Shown here: positions 1-11,776 of the stretch, in pieces | Layout: each line of letters opens with the position of its first letter | Position numbering within the stretch: position 1 is the stretch's first letter | Source: Azolla caroliniana | Taxonomy: Eukaryota; Plantae; Polypodiophyta | Assembly (NCBI GenBank): GCA_043228905.1 | Contig: JBHGNT010000005.1 | Location: 21,638,001-21,702,000, forward strand | DNA length: 64,000 nt | Direction: 5' to 3' | Notes under the pieces: model-generated | The model's database searches: none | Told to the model about the DNA's origin: nothing | The model's input: only the letters and a program-made list of their open reading frames with translations | Program-made: the position numbers and the translations under genes

Positions 1-1678
1 AACACCTATGACAAGAAAGTATTTGATCAAAAAATTAAATGACAACAACTCTAGATGCAAGGCCTAAAATCATCATGCATCTAACAGGCAACCAAGTCGT
101 TCTCACCAAATACCTCGAGCCATCTAAAGAAATGTGGGATCTCCTTAAAGAATACCACAAACCATCAGACAGAACCTCAACAATCCTTTCATTTCGTTAC
201 TTGGTCACTTTGGAAATGAAAGAAGATGACTCACTTGATGCCTTCATAAGCAAACATTCATATGCATATGATAGAGCAATATCAACGGGCAATAAGATTG
301 ATGAAGAAATGAAGGTAGACATCATGTTTGGATCCTTACCAACTTTGCGGGGCCCATTCATAGTGATTCATGAAGTTGATCAAACACTTTCTCTACAAAA
401 TTTGATCTCGAAGATGAAGCAAGAAGATCTTCGAAGGAGAAAGCCTCAAAATGTGTAATAGCTTACATGGTATCAAAGCCAAAACAATCCTAGACATCCA
501 TTTTCTCTCCAAAGCTTCTCCACAGGTTGATCCGGAAGGGTCAATCCGGGAGGTCTACAAAAATGGCTTCGAGTGAAGGAACGTCAACACTCTCAACAAC
601 AACAACATCAACAACACCTATGACAAGAAAGTATTTGATCAAAAAATTAAATGACAACAACTCTAGATGCAAGGCCTAAAATCATCATGCATCTAACAGG
701 CAACCAAGTCGTTCTCACCAAATACCTCGAGCCATCTAAAGAAATGTGGGATCTCCTTAAAGAATACCACAAACCATCAGACAGAACCTCAACAATCCTT
801 TCATTTCGTTACTTGGTCACTTTGGAAATGAAAGAAGATGACTCACTTGATGCCTTCATAAGCAAACATTCATATGCATATGATAGAGCAATATCAACGG
901 GCAATAAGATTGATGAAGAAATGAAGGTAGACATCATGTTTGGATCCTTACCAACTTTGCGGGGCCCATTCATAGTGATTCATGAAGTTGATCAAACACT
1001 TTCTCTACAAAATTTGATCTCGAAGATGAAGCAAGAAGATCTTCGAAGGAGAAAGCCTCAAAATGTGTAATAGCTTACATGGTATCAAAGCCAAAACAAT
1101 CCTAGACATCCATTTTCTCTCCAAAGCTTCTCCACAGGTTGATCCGGAAGGGTCAATCCGGGAGGTCTACAAAAATGGCTTCGAGTGAAGGAACGTCAAC
1201 ACTCTCAACAACAACAACATCAACAACACCTATGACAAGAAAGTATTTGATCAAAAAATTAAATGACAACAACTCTAGATGCAAGGCCTAAAATCATCAT
1301 GCATCTAACAGGCAACCAAGTCGTTCTCACCAAATACCTCGAGCCATCTAAAGAAATGTGGGATCTCCTTAAAGAATACCACAAACCATCAGACAGAACC
1401 TCAACAATCCTTTCATTTCGTTACTTGGTCACTTTGGAAATGAAAGAAGATGACTCACTTGATGCCTTCATAAGCAAACATTCATATGCATATGATAGAG
1501 CAATATCAACGGGCAATAAGATTGATGAAGAAATGAAGGTAGACATCATGTTTGGATCCTTACCAACTTTGCGGGGCCCATTCATAGTGATTCATGAAGT
1601 TGATCAAACACTTTCTCTACAAAATTTGATCTCGAAGATGAAGCAAGAAGATCTTCGAAGGAGAAAGCCTCAAAATGT
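1..1678 (+). repeat. Tandem array of a 612-bp unit (about 2.7 copies, truncated by the window start): LTR 3' tip + PBS + leader + 5' gag of a Ty1/copia element
   Basis: Identical ORFs start at 39, 651 and 1263 (period 612). Position 1 corresponds to 613. The third copy leaves the array at 1679 (AAAATGT|CTCAGAC versus AAAATGT|GTAATAG). No differences between copies seen by eye. Confidence 0.95.
468..480 (+). other. Primer-binding site (tRNA-iMet type) following an LTR-like ...CA end; second copy at 1080-1092
   Basis: GCTTACA-TGGTATCAAAGCC is one mismatch from canonical TGGTATCAGAGC. A gag-like start (ATG 563, MASSEG...IKKLNDNN) follows. Confidence 0.85.
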
Positions 1679-2505
1679 CTCAGACAACCCATACATGGCA
1701 ATGATTGTTGCAATGAAGTATCTAAGAGGTAACTTTAATAGAAACAAATTCTAAAACAATAATAAGTACACAATGAACATACCTTTATACATGATAGAAA
1801 CAAGTTCTAGAATAAAAAATCAGGTGCCCTTAGTATTTCCTCTCAAATCATTTGCAGATGTTGTGGTAAGGCGAGTCACATGAAAAGAGATTGCAAAAAT
1901 TAGCAATACGATTACAGGAATAAGAATGTTTGCATAGCCTCCATTCAAAACCAATAAGAAAATAATGACCCTTTTATCCAAGCATTTATGGCAACCAAAC
2001 AAACATTCAACGTAGGGAATATATGGTTGTTTGAGACAGGTGCAACCCACCATCTTACCCACAGTAGAAGCCTTCTGCATGATTACATCCAACTTCATAC
2101 ACCTTTGGAAGTTAGATTTGGTGACAATGTCATCAAATTGGCTTTAGGAAAGGGGATAGTTCATCTATCAATAGACAACAAGTAAAAAATTAGTATATCC
2201 AATGTATACTATATTCGAAGCTTGGCAAAGTCTGTTTGTAAGTGAAGCCACGACAAACATTGTTATATTTGAATTTCATCACAATTGTGCAATTATAAAA
2301 TATACCTTAGCATCAGGACAAATTGTCACGATAGCTTCTTGCTAACTTGGAAAACATTACCCCCTTCAAGCTATGGACAAAACACCAATTGAAGCACACA
2401 TTGCCTCAGAAAACTCACAAATCGACCATATTTTACTATGGCACTATTGACTCAAACACCTCCACTCAAAAATCATGAACAAATGTCAAATTCATAACCT
2501 TGGAG
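1175..2505 (+). pseudogene. Degenerate Ty1/copia gag-protease-GAG-pre-integrase region
   Basis: UBN2-like gag ORF; zinc knuckle ICRCCGKASHMKRDC (~1850-1895); protease motif WLFETGATHH (W.xD[ST]GA[ST].H with D>E); LLWHY*L.H pre-integrase motif near 2435. Multiple stops and frameshifts. Confidence 0.85.
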
Positions 2506-3405
2506 TGTGAGCAAGTATGCTAACAGATATGCGGAAGTGTGTATGAGGAACTGTTGTATTATGCTCAGCAAGCAACACAAAAAATATGAGAGAATAAGAA
2601 ACGAAAGCATAGACACAGTTTAAAGCTCTAATGGAAGCTCTGTTATCCCTTTCTCCCTTCGTTAATCTTACACTCCGAGATTCAAGAAGATTCTCGTTAC
2701 AATGTTAGGTTAGATTATCGTTACACTCAAGCCTTAACTAGAGGACGTGTTCACACTATAGTTACAAAGTGGAAGGAGTTGACATTTTATGCCAACAAAA
2801 TCCCCCGTAAAAGGACTACTCTTTTTGCATATAATGTTACTATGGATGTCTCTATCTAGAGTAAGCCCATCTTCCTTCAATTGCGTTTTTGCACATATGG
2901 AGAACAATGAACCGATGCCTCATTTTCAAATTCTTTTTGAGTTCTTCACGTATTGGAGACTATGATTCAATTGGAATATGCGGAATGCCTTCACTCTTGA
3001 TTCACAAGTTGGGGTGAGAAAATATGTTCTAATGTTAAAAGGATTTCTTTTGTGGTAATTGATAGTGCGAGAGAAGTCACGGAATCTCAACAATGAAGAT
3101 AGAAAACTCTGCAAAGTCACATATCATCATGTTCGCCATTTGAATTGGTGTGTAGGGTGGCATTGAGTTTGGTGTTGTAGTAGTCTTTATATCCCCGAAT
3201 AGATAGAAGGGGTTCTATACTTTGTAGTAAGTTAGTCATGGTGGTGTTCTTTCTTTCGTAATGAAAGCGCCATTATTTACAAGAGCGAGACAGAGATACT
3301 CAAAGGAAACTATGTTACATTAATCCTCAGACCTCCTTTAGAATGCTTAGTCTCTCACTTATATAGTTAGGGTAACTTAGCCCTAAATGTGAGGATGTGT
3401 TCACA
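2506..3405. mobile_element. LTR-like insertion occupying the position of the missing copia integrase
   Basis: Starts TGTGAGCA (2506) and ends TGTTCACA (3405), an imperfect terminal inverted repeat. The terminal motif GAGGA(C/T)GTGTTCACA also ends at 2755. Non-coding; no TSD found. Confidence 0.45.
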
Positions 3406-4164
3406 CCAGGATACAAGTGGGTAGAGTGGGGCTTTTAACCCAACAACCTCCTAGGTTTGAGTCACGCTCTCAACCAAACTATGTTTGTTGGCTACATTGG
3501 TCACTTTATGGACTCAAACAATCTCCTAGATTATGGTTTCAAAAATTTAACAATTTCATGCTCTCACATGGCTACTCTAGATTGTTATTGGAACCAAATA
3601 TATACATTAGACATAATCATACATCTAATCCATTGCTAGTGGTAGCACTATATGGGGATGACATTCCTATAGTTGGAACACCATCTGAAATTACCCAAGC
3701 AAAGCTAGAGCTTTCAAAATATTTTTCAATAACATAGTTAGGTCCCCTATCTTATTTCCAAGGCATGCATGTTATTCGTAATTATAGTATGGCCACTTTC
3801 ATCATTCATCAAAATAAATTCATTAATGAAAAATTGAAATCCTTTGGGATGCTAAACATTTACATGTGACTTAAGTGAATCAGATGGCCCAACCACAACA
3901 AGAGATATTGATTTCGTAAAGCAATTTCCTTTAAAACAATTAATGGGAAAGCTTCAATATTTAGTTATAGGAACTCATCTTGCCCTTTGCTTTGCAATCA
4001 ATTATCTTTCACGCTTTATGCATAACCTTGGCCTTATGCATTTGAAATCACTTCAAAGAGTTATACGATATCTAAAACACACATCTAACTATGGATTAAC
4101 ATATAAACAATCCCAATCCGAAAGACCAATCAAATCACTCATTGGTTGGTCTAATTTGGACTAG
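3406..4164 (+). pseudogene. Degenerate Ty1/copia reverse transcriptase to start of RNase H
   Basis: QQPPRF...SLYGLKQSPRLW, EPNIY, LYGDDI (YVDD), MGKLQYLV...LSRFM..., LIGWSN. Stops and frameshifts present. Confidence 0.9.
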
Positions 4165-4889
4165 ATACAAAAATATAAACTAATGTGAAAAGGTGCACCC
4201 ATAACCACCATAATCTCTCTCGATGTGGTTGGTTGGTTGTATAGAGACAAGATTAAACAACACTAAACTTTCTTCCGTTTTCTTAGACTTTATCTCTTTA
4301 TCTCTCCATCTCTTTCAATTTCATAAATCCTTAAGTAAGGTATTTGAATCACTATTGCCTGAGGATGGAGAATAACCATTTGGGTGTCCCCATTCACCAC
4401 ATACTTGTGAAGATCATGGATGCCTTCCAATTCTATGAATTTGGGTCAAGATCCTTCCATTGTTGTTCTAGGATGAGGCTCACTAGGTAGAGTACTTGTG
4501 GCTAGGAATTAAGTAATTAATGGTTAAGCAACGTGCAGAAGGTCCAACTTATATAGATGAATTTTTCTAAGAAGCTAAATATGGATTAGAGAGATGAAAA
4601 ATAGAGATTATTTATTTTGATAATGCTTGGGTTGAAGAATTAGAACTAGGCCTCACATCAAGCATTACTATTAATTATCATGCATTGAGTGACAATATCA
4701 AATAAAATATTGGTGTAATAAATCACACTATAATATCAATGGCAAAGTTGTCAATGACTCATTAGTACATCCAATTATTGCAATCTCCATTTAAATTTGT
4801 TATTTACGCAAATATCGTGGGTCAAACATCCGAAAGGAGAAAGGGTGGGCGAGTTCATGCAATTGCTTAGGTAGCATACAAAGTGGGAG

Positions 4890-5361
4890 TGTCTTAGACA
4901 ACTCACACATGACAATGATTGTTGTAATGAAGTATTTAAGAGGTAATTTTAATAGAAACAAATTCTAGAACAATAATAACTACACAAAGAGCATACCCTT
5001 ATACATGATAGAAACAAGTTCCAGAATAAAAAATCATTCCAAAATAAAAAATTTGTTGCCCTTAATATTTCCTCTCAAATCATTTGCAGATGTTGTGGCG
5101 GGGTGGGTCACACGGAATTCGCAAAAATTAGCAACACGATTACAAGAATAAGAATAAGAGGAATTCAATTGACACATGTTTACAAAGCCTTAGTTCAAAA
5201 CCAACAAGAAGATAATAACCTTTTTATCCAAGCAGTTATGGCAACCAAACAAACATTCAACGTAGAGAATTTATGGTTGTTTGACAAGGTGCAACCCACC
5301 ATCTTACCCATAGTAGAAACCTTCTTCATGATTAAATCCAACTTTATACACCTTTGGAAGT
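4890..5361 (+). pseudogene. Second, diverged copy of the copia zinc-knuckle/protease segment (homologous to 1676-2112)
   Basis: TGTCTTAGACAACTCACAC...AGAGGTAATTTTAATAGAAACAAATTCTA...ATGGCAACCAAACAAACATTCAACGTAG...ACCTTTGGAAGT aligns with 1676-2112 by eye. Confidence 0.85.
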
Positions 5362-5399
5362 GAGCTACAAGCAACAACGGTTTATGCCACGCCGCTTAA

Positions 5400-6237
5400 T
5401 TCAAGCCTAAGTGCTGATACTATTCCGCAACGACTTCACTCTGATGATTTCGCTAAGGATGTCTTAGCCCACATTAGTCCAAGCCATGCATCTTGCTCCA
5501 CATTACAAGGGTCATCTCAACACTATCAGGAATTCAAGTGGCAAGATGGCTTAGTCTTTTACAAGAATATCCTTTACGTCCCTGATGGATCACCCTGCCT
5601 TTAAGTGTTACAGCATTGTCATGATGCCCCTATGGCTATACATTTTGGTATTGCCAAGACCATGGAGTTGGTGAAGCGCTCGTTTTGGTGGCCTCATTTG
5701 CAAAATTTTGTCGAAGATTACGTTCGCACATGTGAGTGTTGTTGTCGAGCCAAAATACTCGGGCATCATCCTTATGGCTTCTTTCAACCATTACCGCCTC
5801 CAACCAAGCCATGACAGTCTATTTCTATGGATTTCATTACGGATCTACCACCTTCCAAAGGATTTGATACTATTTTAACAGTAGTGGATCGATTTACCAA
5901 GATGGCCATGTGTAAAGAGCATCAGTAGTTAGGAAACCGCATATATCATTATGCGTGAAGTGTTTTGACATCATGGTCTTCTAGACGATATAATTAGCGA
6001 TCGTAGTCCTCAATTTATCTCTCACTTTTGGAAGCACCTATGGGCAGACCCCAAAATCTCCTACAAACTCTCTTCGGCTTATCATCCACAAACCGATGGA
6101 CAAACAGAGCACACAAATCAAAGTTCGTTGTATCTTTGATGCTTCATCAATTATCAACAAGATGATTGGAGTAATATTTTACATTTTGGTGACTTTGCAT
6201 ACAATAACACTGTACACTCTTCTACCAAGGTTACACC
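5400..6237 (+). pseudogene. Ty3/gypsy integrase fragment (Tf2/chromovirus-like)
   Basis: H2C2 domain CHDAPMAIHFG...FWWP...YVRTCECC; [11 protein letters not shown]; VVDRFTKMA; IISDR.PQF; [12 protein letters not shown]; DDW...FAYNN. Confidence 0.9.
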
Positions 6238-7032
6238 TGTTATGAATAGTACTAAAGCAAAGAGAGAATTAGTACTAAAGAAGAGAAGTACTATTAGTAC
6301 TAAGAGGACGGGACTGCATAAGATTCCCGAGAGAAAAAGAGAGAAGAGGAGAGAGAGATAGCACTCTCACCAACTCTATTTGGTCTCTTCATGGATGAAT
6401 TGGAACAAATGGTTGCCAAGTTTGTAAAGGAAGAAGGTGTTGAAGAAGTTGTCATTGGGAACAGGGAAATGTTGTCATTATGAAGTTGCTGCCATCCTCG
6501 ACTCCAAATTTGTATGAAGTTGCTTTTGTTATGCGGATGATGTAGTGCTTCACACATTATACTACAAATGTTGCACCTAACTACAAAACCATATTCTTCG
6601 CGGAACAGGGAAGCCGTACACATCGATACATGTTAGAGCCCATCCCGATATCTGTCATTCGAACCATTGCTTCCATACCACTTAGCTCGCATGCATTGTG
6701 ATGTGAGACGGGGCGTTGGGGCATAAGTGATGAGAGTGGTCGGCTATGCACACTTTGCCCTAAACAAGTTCGAGAGTCTGAGTATCACACATTGATACAA
6801 TGCTCTGCCTTTGATCATATTCGACTATGCTTTCCACATCTCTTCGACCAAGCCCAATCCTTGCACGAATTTCTCTCACAACCACGATGTGCACTCTCGA
6901 TTGCAACATTCATTGGTAAAGTTCTTGAACATCGAGAGTCACTACTCACTTTCACACGTATCACGTGAAATGAAATATTTCAGGTCTCATAGGTCATATT
7001 TGACCTCCGAAGACGATAATATAATCTATCTA

Positions 7033-7063
<31 letters not shown>

Positions 7064-7252
7064 ATTTATCTATCTATCTGCTACTACCTCACTTATTTCC
7101 TTTCATCATCATTCTCTCTCACTCGTTGCACCCACTACTTATCTTGTCTATCCCTTTCATCATCAATCCTTCTCTCGCTCTTTCTACTACTATCTTGTCT
7201 CAGTTCTCACATTACAACTTCTCACCTGGTGTTTAGAAACAATCCCGTGACA
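6238..7252. mobile_element. Putative solo LTR (~1 kb)
   Basis: TGTTAT...GTGACA termini. It abruptly truncates the gypsy integrase. Flanks ACACC/AAACC match 4/5. Contains (GA)/(CT) tracts. Confidence 0.45.
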
Positions 7253-7289
7253 AAACCCGCCGTGGTAGAAATTTCTTGATGCCATAACT

Positions 7290-8115
7290 CGATGACTCAT
7301 CTTTTTGCTAATTGTGTAACTTTGCACTCCGAACTCAGAATCATAAATTCAAAATTCCAACATGATCCTTGTTCATGCGTACTATTAGATAATAGATTAC
7401 AAATTTTAATTTTATATGGATATCAAAAAGTAGAATATATCGAAGATTGAAATGTTGATTTAGATATAAGCTAGATAACTCAACTCAATTACATAGAGTG
7501 GCTTGAGAGGTGAACAGATAAAGTGGTTACCGATTTTTTATTTGCGGGCAGAGCTTCAAAGAGATATCCTAGATTTGGTTAAGAAGACCAGCAAGATAAC
7601 TTTGTTGTCTATTGTCGTTGGTGATCATGAGAGCCCTCTTTATTTGCTACCTTGAGCCCATTCGAGATTTCGACAATGCATTCACCTTGATCCAAAATTT
7701 ACACCACCCCCCATAATGAGGTCTCCTCCTCCTTTTATAGGCCTTTGGAGCACTTCATGCAAATAAAAATAGTAACTCTCTTTTTTACCATGGACCTTTG
7801 TTTTTCTCACCTTACATGCATTCATATTCCTCGAGTGCTTGCTGTGAGCAAAATGCTAATATCCATGACTATCCATTTGCATTCTTCTCATTCATCCTAT
7901 TGACGCCTGCATGACCTCTTGTAGTTTAGACAAGACTCAAACGTGTGACTTCTGACTCATCATTTAAGCTCTTGACAATTGAGCTATGTTATTTTATTTT
8001 CTTTGACTTTGTTTTATCTTGTGTGTCGTGACTATCCTTTTATACTTCTTCCTTTCCTTCAATCCTTTATATCTATTTAGTTTTAACCCTTTTCTTCACA
8101 TGCACACATGACGAC
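7290..8115. repeat. LTR-like dispersed repeat, diverged copy A (copy B ~17250-17935, same orientation)
   Basis: Collinear shared blocks: GTGTAACTTTG, AATTCC(A/G)AC(A/G)TGATCCTTG, GAGCTTCAA..A.ATATCCT, CCCCC..AATGAG..CTCC..CTTTTATA, CAAATAAAAA. Confidence 0.55.
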
Positions 8116-8145
8116 AACGTAAACCCTCTTTCTGGTGTCCATAAA

Positions 8146-8182
<37 letters not shown>

Positions 8183-8547
8183 AAATCCTTAACAACAAAG
8201 AATGAATTTAGCTTTTATGTAAGAAAGACAAAATAAAAGACATAAAACGTCTTATGGAAACATGGGTTTCAATAAGAGGTCTTCTTTATGTGTGCCAGGA
8301 CATAACCCTTTATTTTTGTGTGTGTTGCGCGAAGTAAACATACATTGTCTTGACTGGACATACGACTTTCATCTAAGAGAAACAAGGTGAAGCAGATTTA
8401 TGGGTGTTTATAAGAGGCCCTTCTGTCCGTGGAGAACCACAAGCCATGACTCTCGTGCTTTAAGGACATCGGTAAGATAGATGATACCATTGTCGAGGTT
8501 TATTGTTTTGTTGTGAGGCATGCCTATGTTATGAGAATCCGCCCTCA

Positions 8548-10431
8548 CTAATTATGAGTTAGTGGTGGGGATATTGTCCTATTAACATCGAAACCCAGTT
8601 TCTTGAGTTCTTCCCTCCTTTTGGATAGCAAGATCTCGGAGGACGACTCGACGAGGTCCTTTGGGTTTTGCTTCCCCAACTTCTCGACGAGGTCATACGA
8701 GTAGTGCATCCCCAAGTTGGTGTTGGAGTAGGTGGAGCGTGACGGATCTTCGGTTTTGCCTCCGGCGAAGAGCCGCCGTCGCATGTTGTTCATGGGGACC
8801 ACGTCCACGAATAGCCGATACATAATGATGGCTAGCGTGGCGGCGACGAAGAACGCGCCGGGGATTGTGCTACCCGACATGAGCTTCCAGTAGAGGCTCT
8901 CGCACTCCTTCGGCCCCGGCCCCCATGATGGTGATTTGTGCCTCCGCCCGTAAGTGTCATCATCCACGCAGTCGCTTTCCGGTGCGGAGGCGGCTCCGGC
9001 GGCAGCGAAGCCGGCCCCCGCGAAGGCCATGGCCACTCCCGCCAGCGAGAGCTTCAAGAAGAGCGCCGCCACCAGCAGCTCCAACCTCAACTGATTCGCG
9101 ATGCCGCCCACATACTTGGTGGGTGTGGGTAGCAGAGCAGCTATGGCCACACACATTGCTGCCACAGCAGAGTAGAAGGAAACGCCATTGCTCACCCAGA
9201 AGACCTTCATCTCCACCCTCTGAAATGCCGTCTGTGATGGGAGCTGCAGCCAGCCAGCAAAGCTCACACTCCCTATCAGCGCTGCTCCCACCAGCACTGC
9301 ATTCAGTGCCTGCACATACACATCCCTGTCCCTCAACAGCTTCTCTTCATACTTCTTGAACGCTGGCCTTCCTCTCAGCAACTCCATCGCTTCTTGGTTG
9401 TTCTCCTCAAATGCTATCTGCAGTGCTGTCTTCCCTTTTGCGTCTTTCATCCCTGGGTTTGGCCTCAGGTCCCAAGTTTTGAGGAGCTTCTCAACTATGT
9501 CTGCCCTCTTGTGCACCACAGCCCAGTGTAGGCATGTGCGCTTATACTCCTCATCCCACTGATTCACTGTCAGGAGTCCAGTTTCCAGGAGAAACTTGAA
9601 GACCTCATCTTTCTCAGCATACAGAGCCACATATGTAGGAAGCCCGTTTTCATCAGCAAGCCTTGCTAATTCCTGCTTCCTTGCATTCTCCTCCAGTTTT
9701 TGGAGTCTAGCTGCTTCTTTTAGCTTCTTGAGAAGGTCGGCTAGAGTGATCTTCATCTCGGTAGGAATGACCTTGCTCAATTCAACCAGTTGATCGAAGA
9801 AATCTCTGTGGCCGTGCATAAGAGCACTCATCCCAACCTCTCCATTGATCAATGCCTTCTGTGTGTCGGTATCCATGGCATGGATTCTCCATTTGAGTGC
9901 CTCCGCCACTGTAGTGTTCCCATACTCTGCAGCTGTCTCCATGAATGTTGCTTTATCCTTATCTCGGAGGAGAAGATGCTCAGATGTTGCCATGGACATC
10001 AATTTGCGGATGAGGGTCATGGATCTGGCCTCCTTCAGGTACAAGGATGCATAATGGAGGATGTTCCTGCCCAAAGAATCTGTGTTCCAAGTCACCTGGC
10101 TATCGATCCCGGACTCGCGTGCGGTAGCGGCGAGCAGCAGAGTCTCGAGCATTTCGGGGTCGGAGGAGGAGGAGCAGTAGGTGATGGGCATGTCTCCGTC
10201 GTCATTGAGGATGGTGAGGTTCGCGCCACTCTTCACAAGGGCCTGAGCCGTGTCCTTGTGCCCGTACAGGATGGCGAGGTGCAACGCCGTGTTGTTCCTC
10301 GGACCTCCCGAGTCTAACAATTCCTTGATGTCCCCATTGAGAATGGACTGAACCTTTTGGGTGTCCCCATTTGCCGCCATTTTGTGAAAATCATTCATCG
10401 GTGTCATTCGCGAGCTCTCCGGTATGTCCAT
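8548..10431 (-). CDS. Ankyrin-repeat transmembrane protein, ACD6/ITN1-like (ANK + PGG-type TM domain), 627 aa, single exon
   Basis: Uninterrupted ORF. Ankyrin motifs NTALHLAILYGH, GRNILHYA, TCLHWAV, GKTALQIA. C-terminal hydrophobic helices begin NAVLVGAALIGSVSFAGWLQLP (PGG-domain TM1) and FWVSNGVSFYSAV. Confidence 0.9.
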   Translation of the reverse strand: MDIPESSRMTPMNDFHKMAANGDTQKVQSILNGDIKELLDSGGPRNNTALHLAILYGHKDTAQALVKSGANLTILNDDGDMPITYCSSSSDPEMLETLLLAATARESGIDSQVTWNTDSLGRNILHYASLYLKEARSMTLIRKLMSMATSEHLLLRDKDKATFMETAAEYGNTTVAEALKWRIHAMDTDTQKALINGEVGMSALMHGHRDFFDQLVELSKVIPTEMKITLADLLKKLKEAARLQKLEENARKQELARLADENGLPTYVALYAEKDEVFKFLLETGLLTVNQWDEEYKRTCLHWAVVHKRADIVEKLLKTWDLRPNPGMKDAKGKTALQIAFEENNQEAMELLRGRPAFKKYEEKLLRDRDVYVQALNAVLVGAALIGSVSFAGWLQLPSQTAFQRVEMKVFWVSNGVSFYSAVAAMCVAIAALLPTPTKYVGGIANQLRLELLVAALFLKLSLAGVAMAFAGAGFAAAGAASAPESDCVDDDTYGRRHKSPSWGPGPKECESLYWKLMSGSTIPGAFFVAATLAIIMYRLFVDVVPMNNMRRRLFAGGKTEDPSRSTYSNTNLGMHYSYDLVEKLGKQNPKDLVESSSEILLSKRREELKKLGFDVNRTISPPLTHN

Positions 10432-11776
10432 TGTCTTGTTCGGGGGATAATATCAAGGTCGCCTGGTTTGTAGGAGGGCTCAATGCTATATGGAATTCGA
10501 TGGAATATGGGATTGTTTGAGATCATAGAGGCCTTGATGCTATATGGGAGATTTGATGCAATATGGGATTGTTTCGAGCGTGCTTTTCCTTGTTGGGCTC
10601 ATGGGGTGAGAGGAACAATGTGATTGGAGTTAACTAGCTAAGTCCGAGAAGGTCCAACCTTTGTAGTTTTAAAAGTCGTGACATGTTGGGTCATCATGGT
10701 TGTTCGTGGATGGGGGGTGGTTGCCTTGACGCTATAACTAACTAATCATTGTCACACCTAAATGTTTGGCTTTCTATGTAATTTTAAACAAACTATCCAA
10801 AGGGCAGCTCATGGTTTACTTCAAAAAAACAATTATCATTTTTGTCCTTGTGCTTCAAGATCAATAACCCCTTTATTAGCATGATCTGGAACCGTACTAA
10901 GAAGTCGTTCATTAGAATATGTAGATGCATCAACCAAAGGGTACAACGTTTTTCCATGTTATGGTTAATGTATGTTATTTCATATATAAGGATTAACTTT
11001 TCACACGTTCAACACAAATTTGAAACCATTTCTGGTCAAATTATACAAACTCTCGTATCCTTAACTCTCTAATCATTTGCAAATGAACATTCAATGATCA
11101 AAAACGTAATCTTGTCCTTGGTCATTAATTTTTCAGCATTTAGTTTACATTTAGATTTGGGGACGTGAAAGGCTACATTATAAAAAAATGAATAAATCAT
11201 TATGTTATATTACATTCTCTTCACATGATGCCAATGATTTTATCATTACAAATATGGCCTTAAAAATTCAAGTAAATGGTCATATCATGATTCATAGCCT
11301 AGAATATTACTAACAAGTTGTCTCTTCAAAAACCATATAACCCACATGTAAGTGAGGCTACCTTTTCAACACTTTGTTATGTTGTTAGCCATGGTCAAAT
11401 ATATAAATATTTAGTCATGCCCAGTGTTGGGCAAAGTTTGTAGCCCCTACCGGAAATTTTCCTGCTTCTCATGAACCTAACCGGAATTTTAAAATTTTGG
11501 CCGGCCACGTTCCTACCAACAACAATGTCAACCGGAACATGTTGAAATTTTTTTTGGCCGCATAACCAAAAAAAAATCTAATGCAATACCAAATCAAATC
11601 AATTACAAAATTTTGGAACCCAAAAACTAAAGAAATATATTTTCCAAAAAAAATCTAACTTTATAAACATATTTCACTTTTCAAACCTTTGTAAAGTAGC
11701 ATTAACAACATATTAGATCAAATTAGATGTAATATATAGAAAGTTCTAAAACAAAATCGATCACATTTATAAAGTT

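Noticed and set aside
39-1754. Three 139-163 aa ORFs as a host gene cluster
   Set aside because: They are copia gag fragments repeated by the 612-bp duplication.
8925-10317. Several plus-strand ORFs overlapping the ANK gene
   Set aside because: Antisense shadows of a GC-rich CDS with no recognisable motifs.
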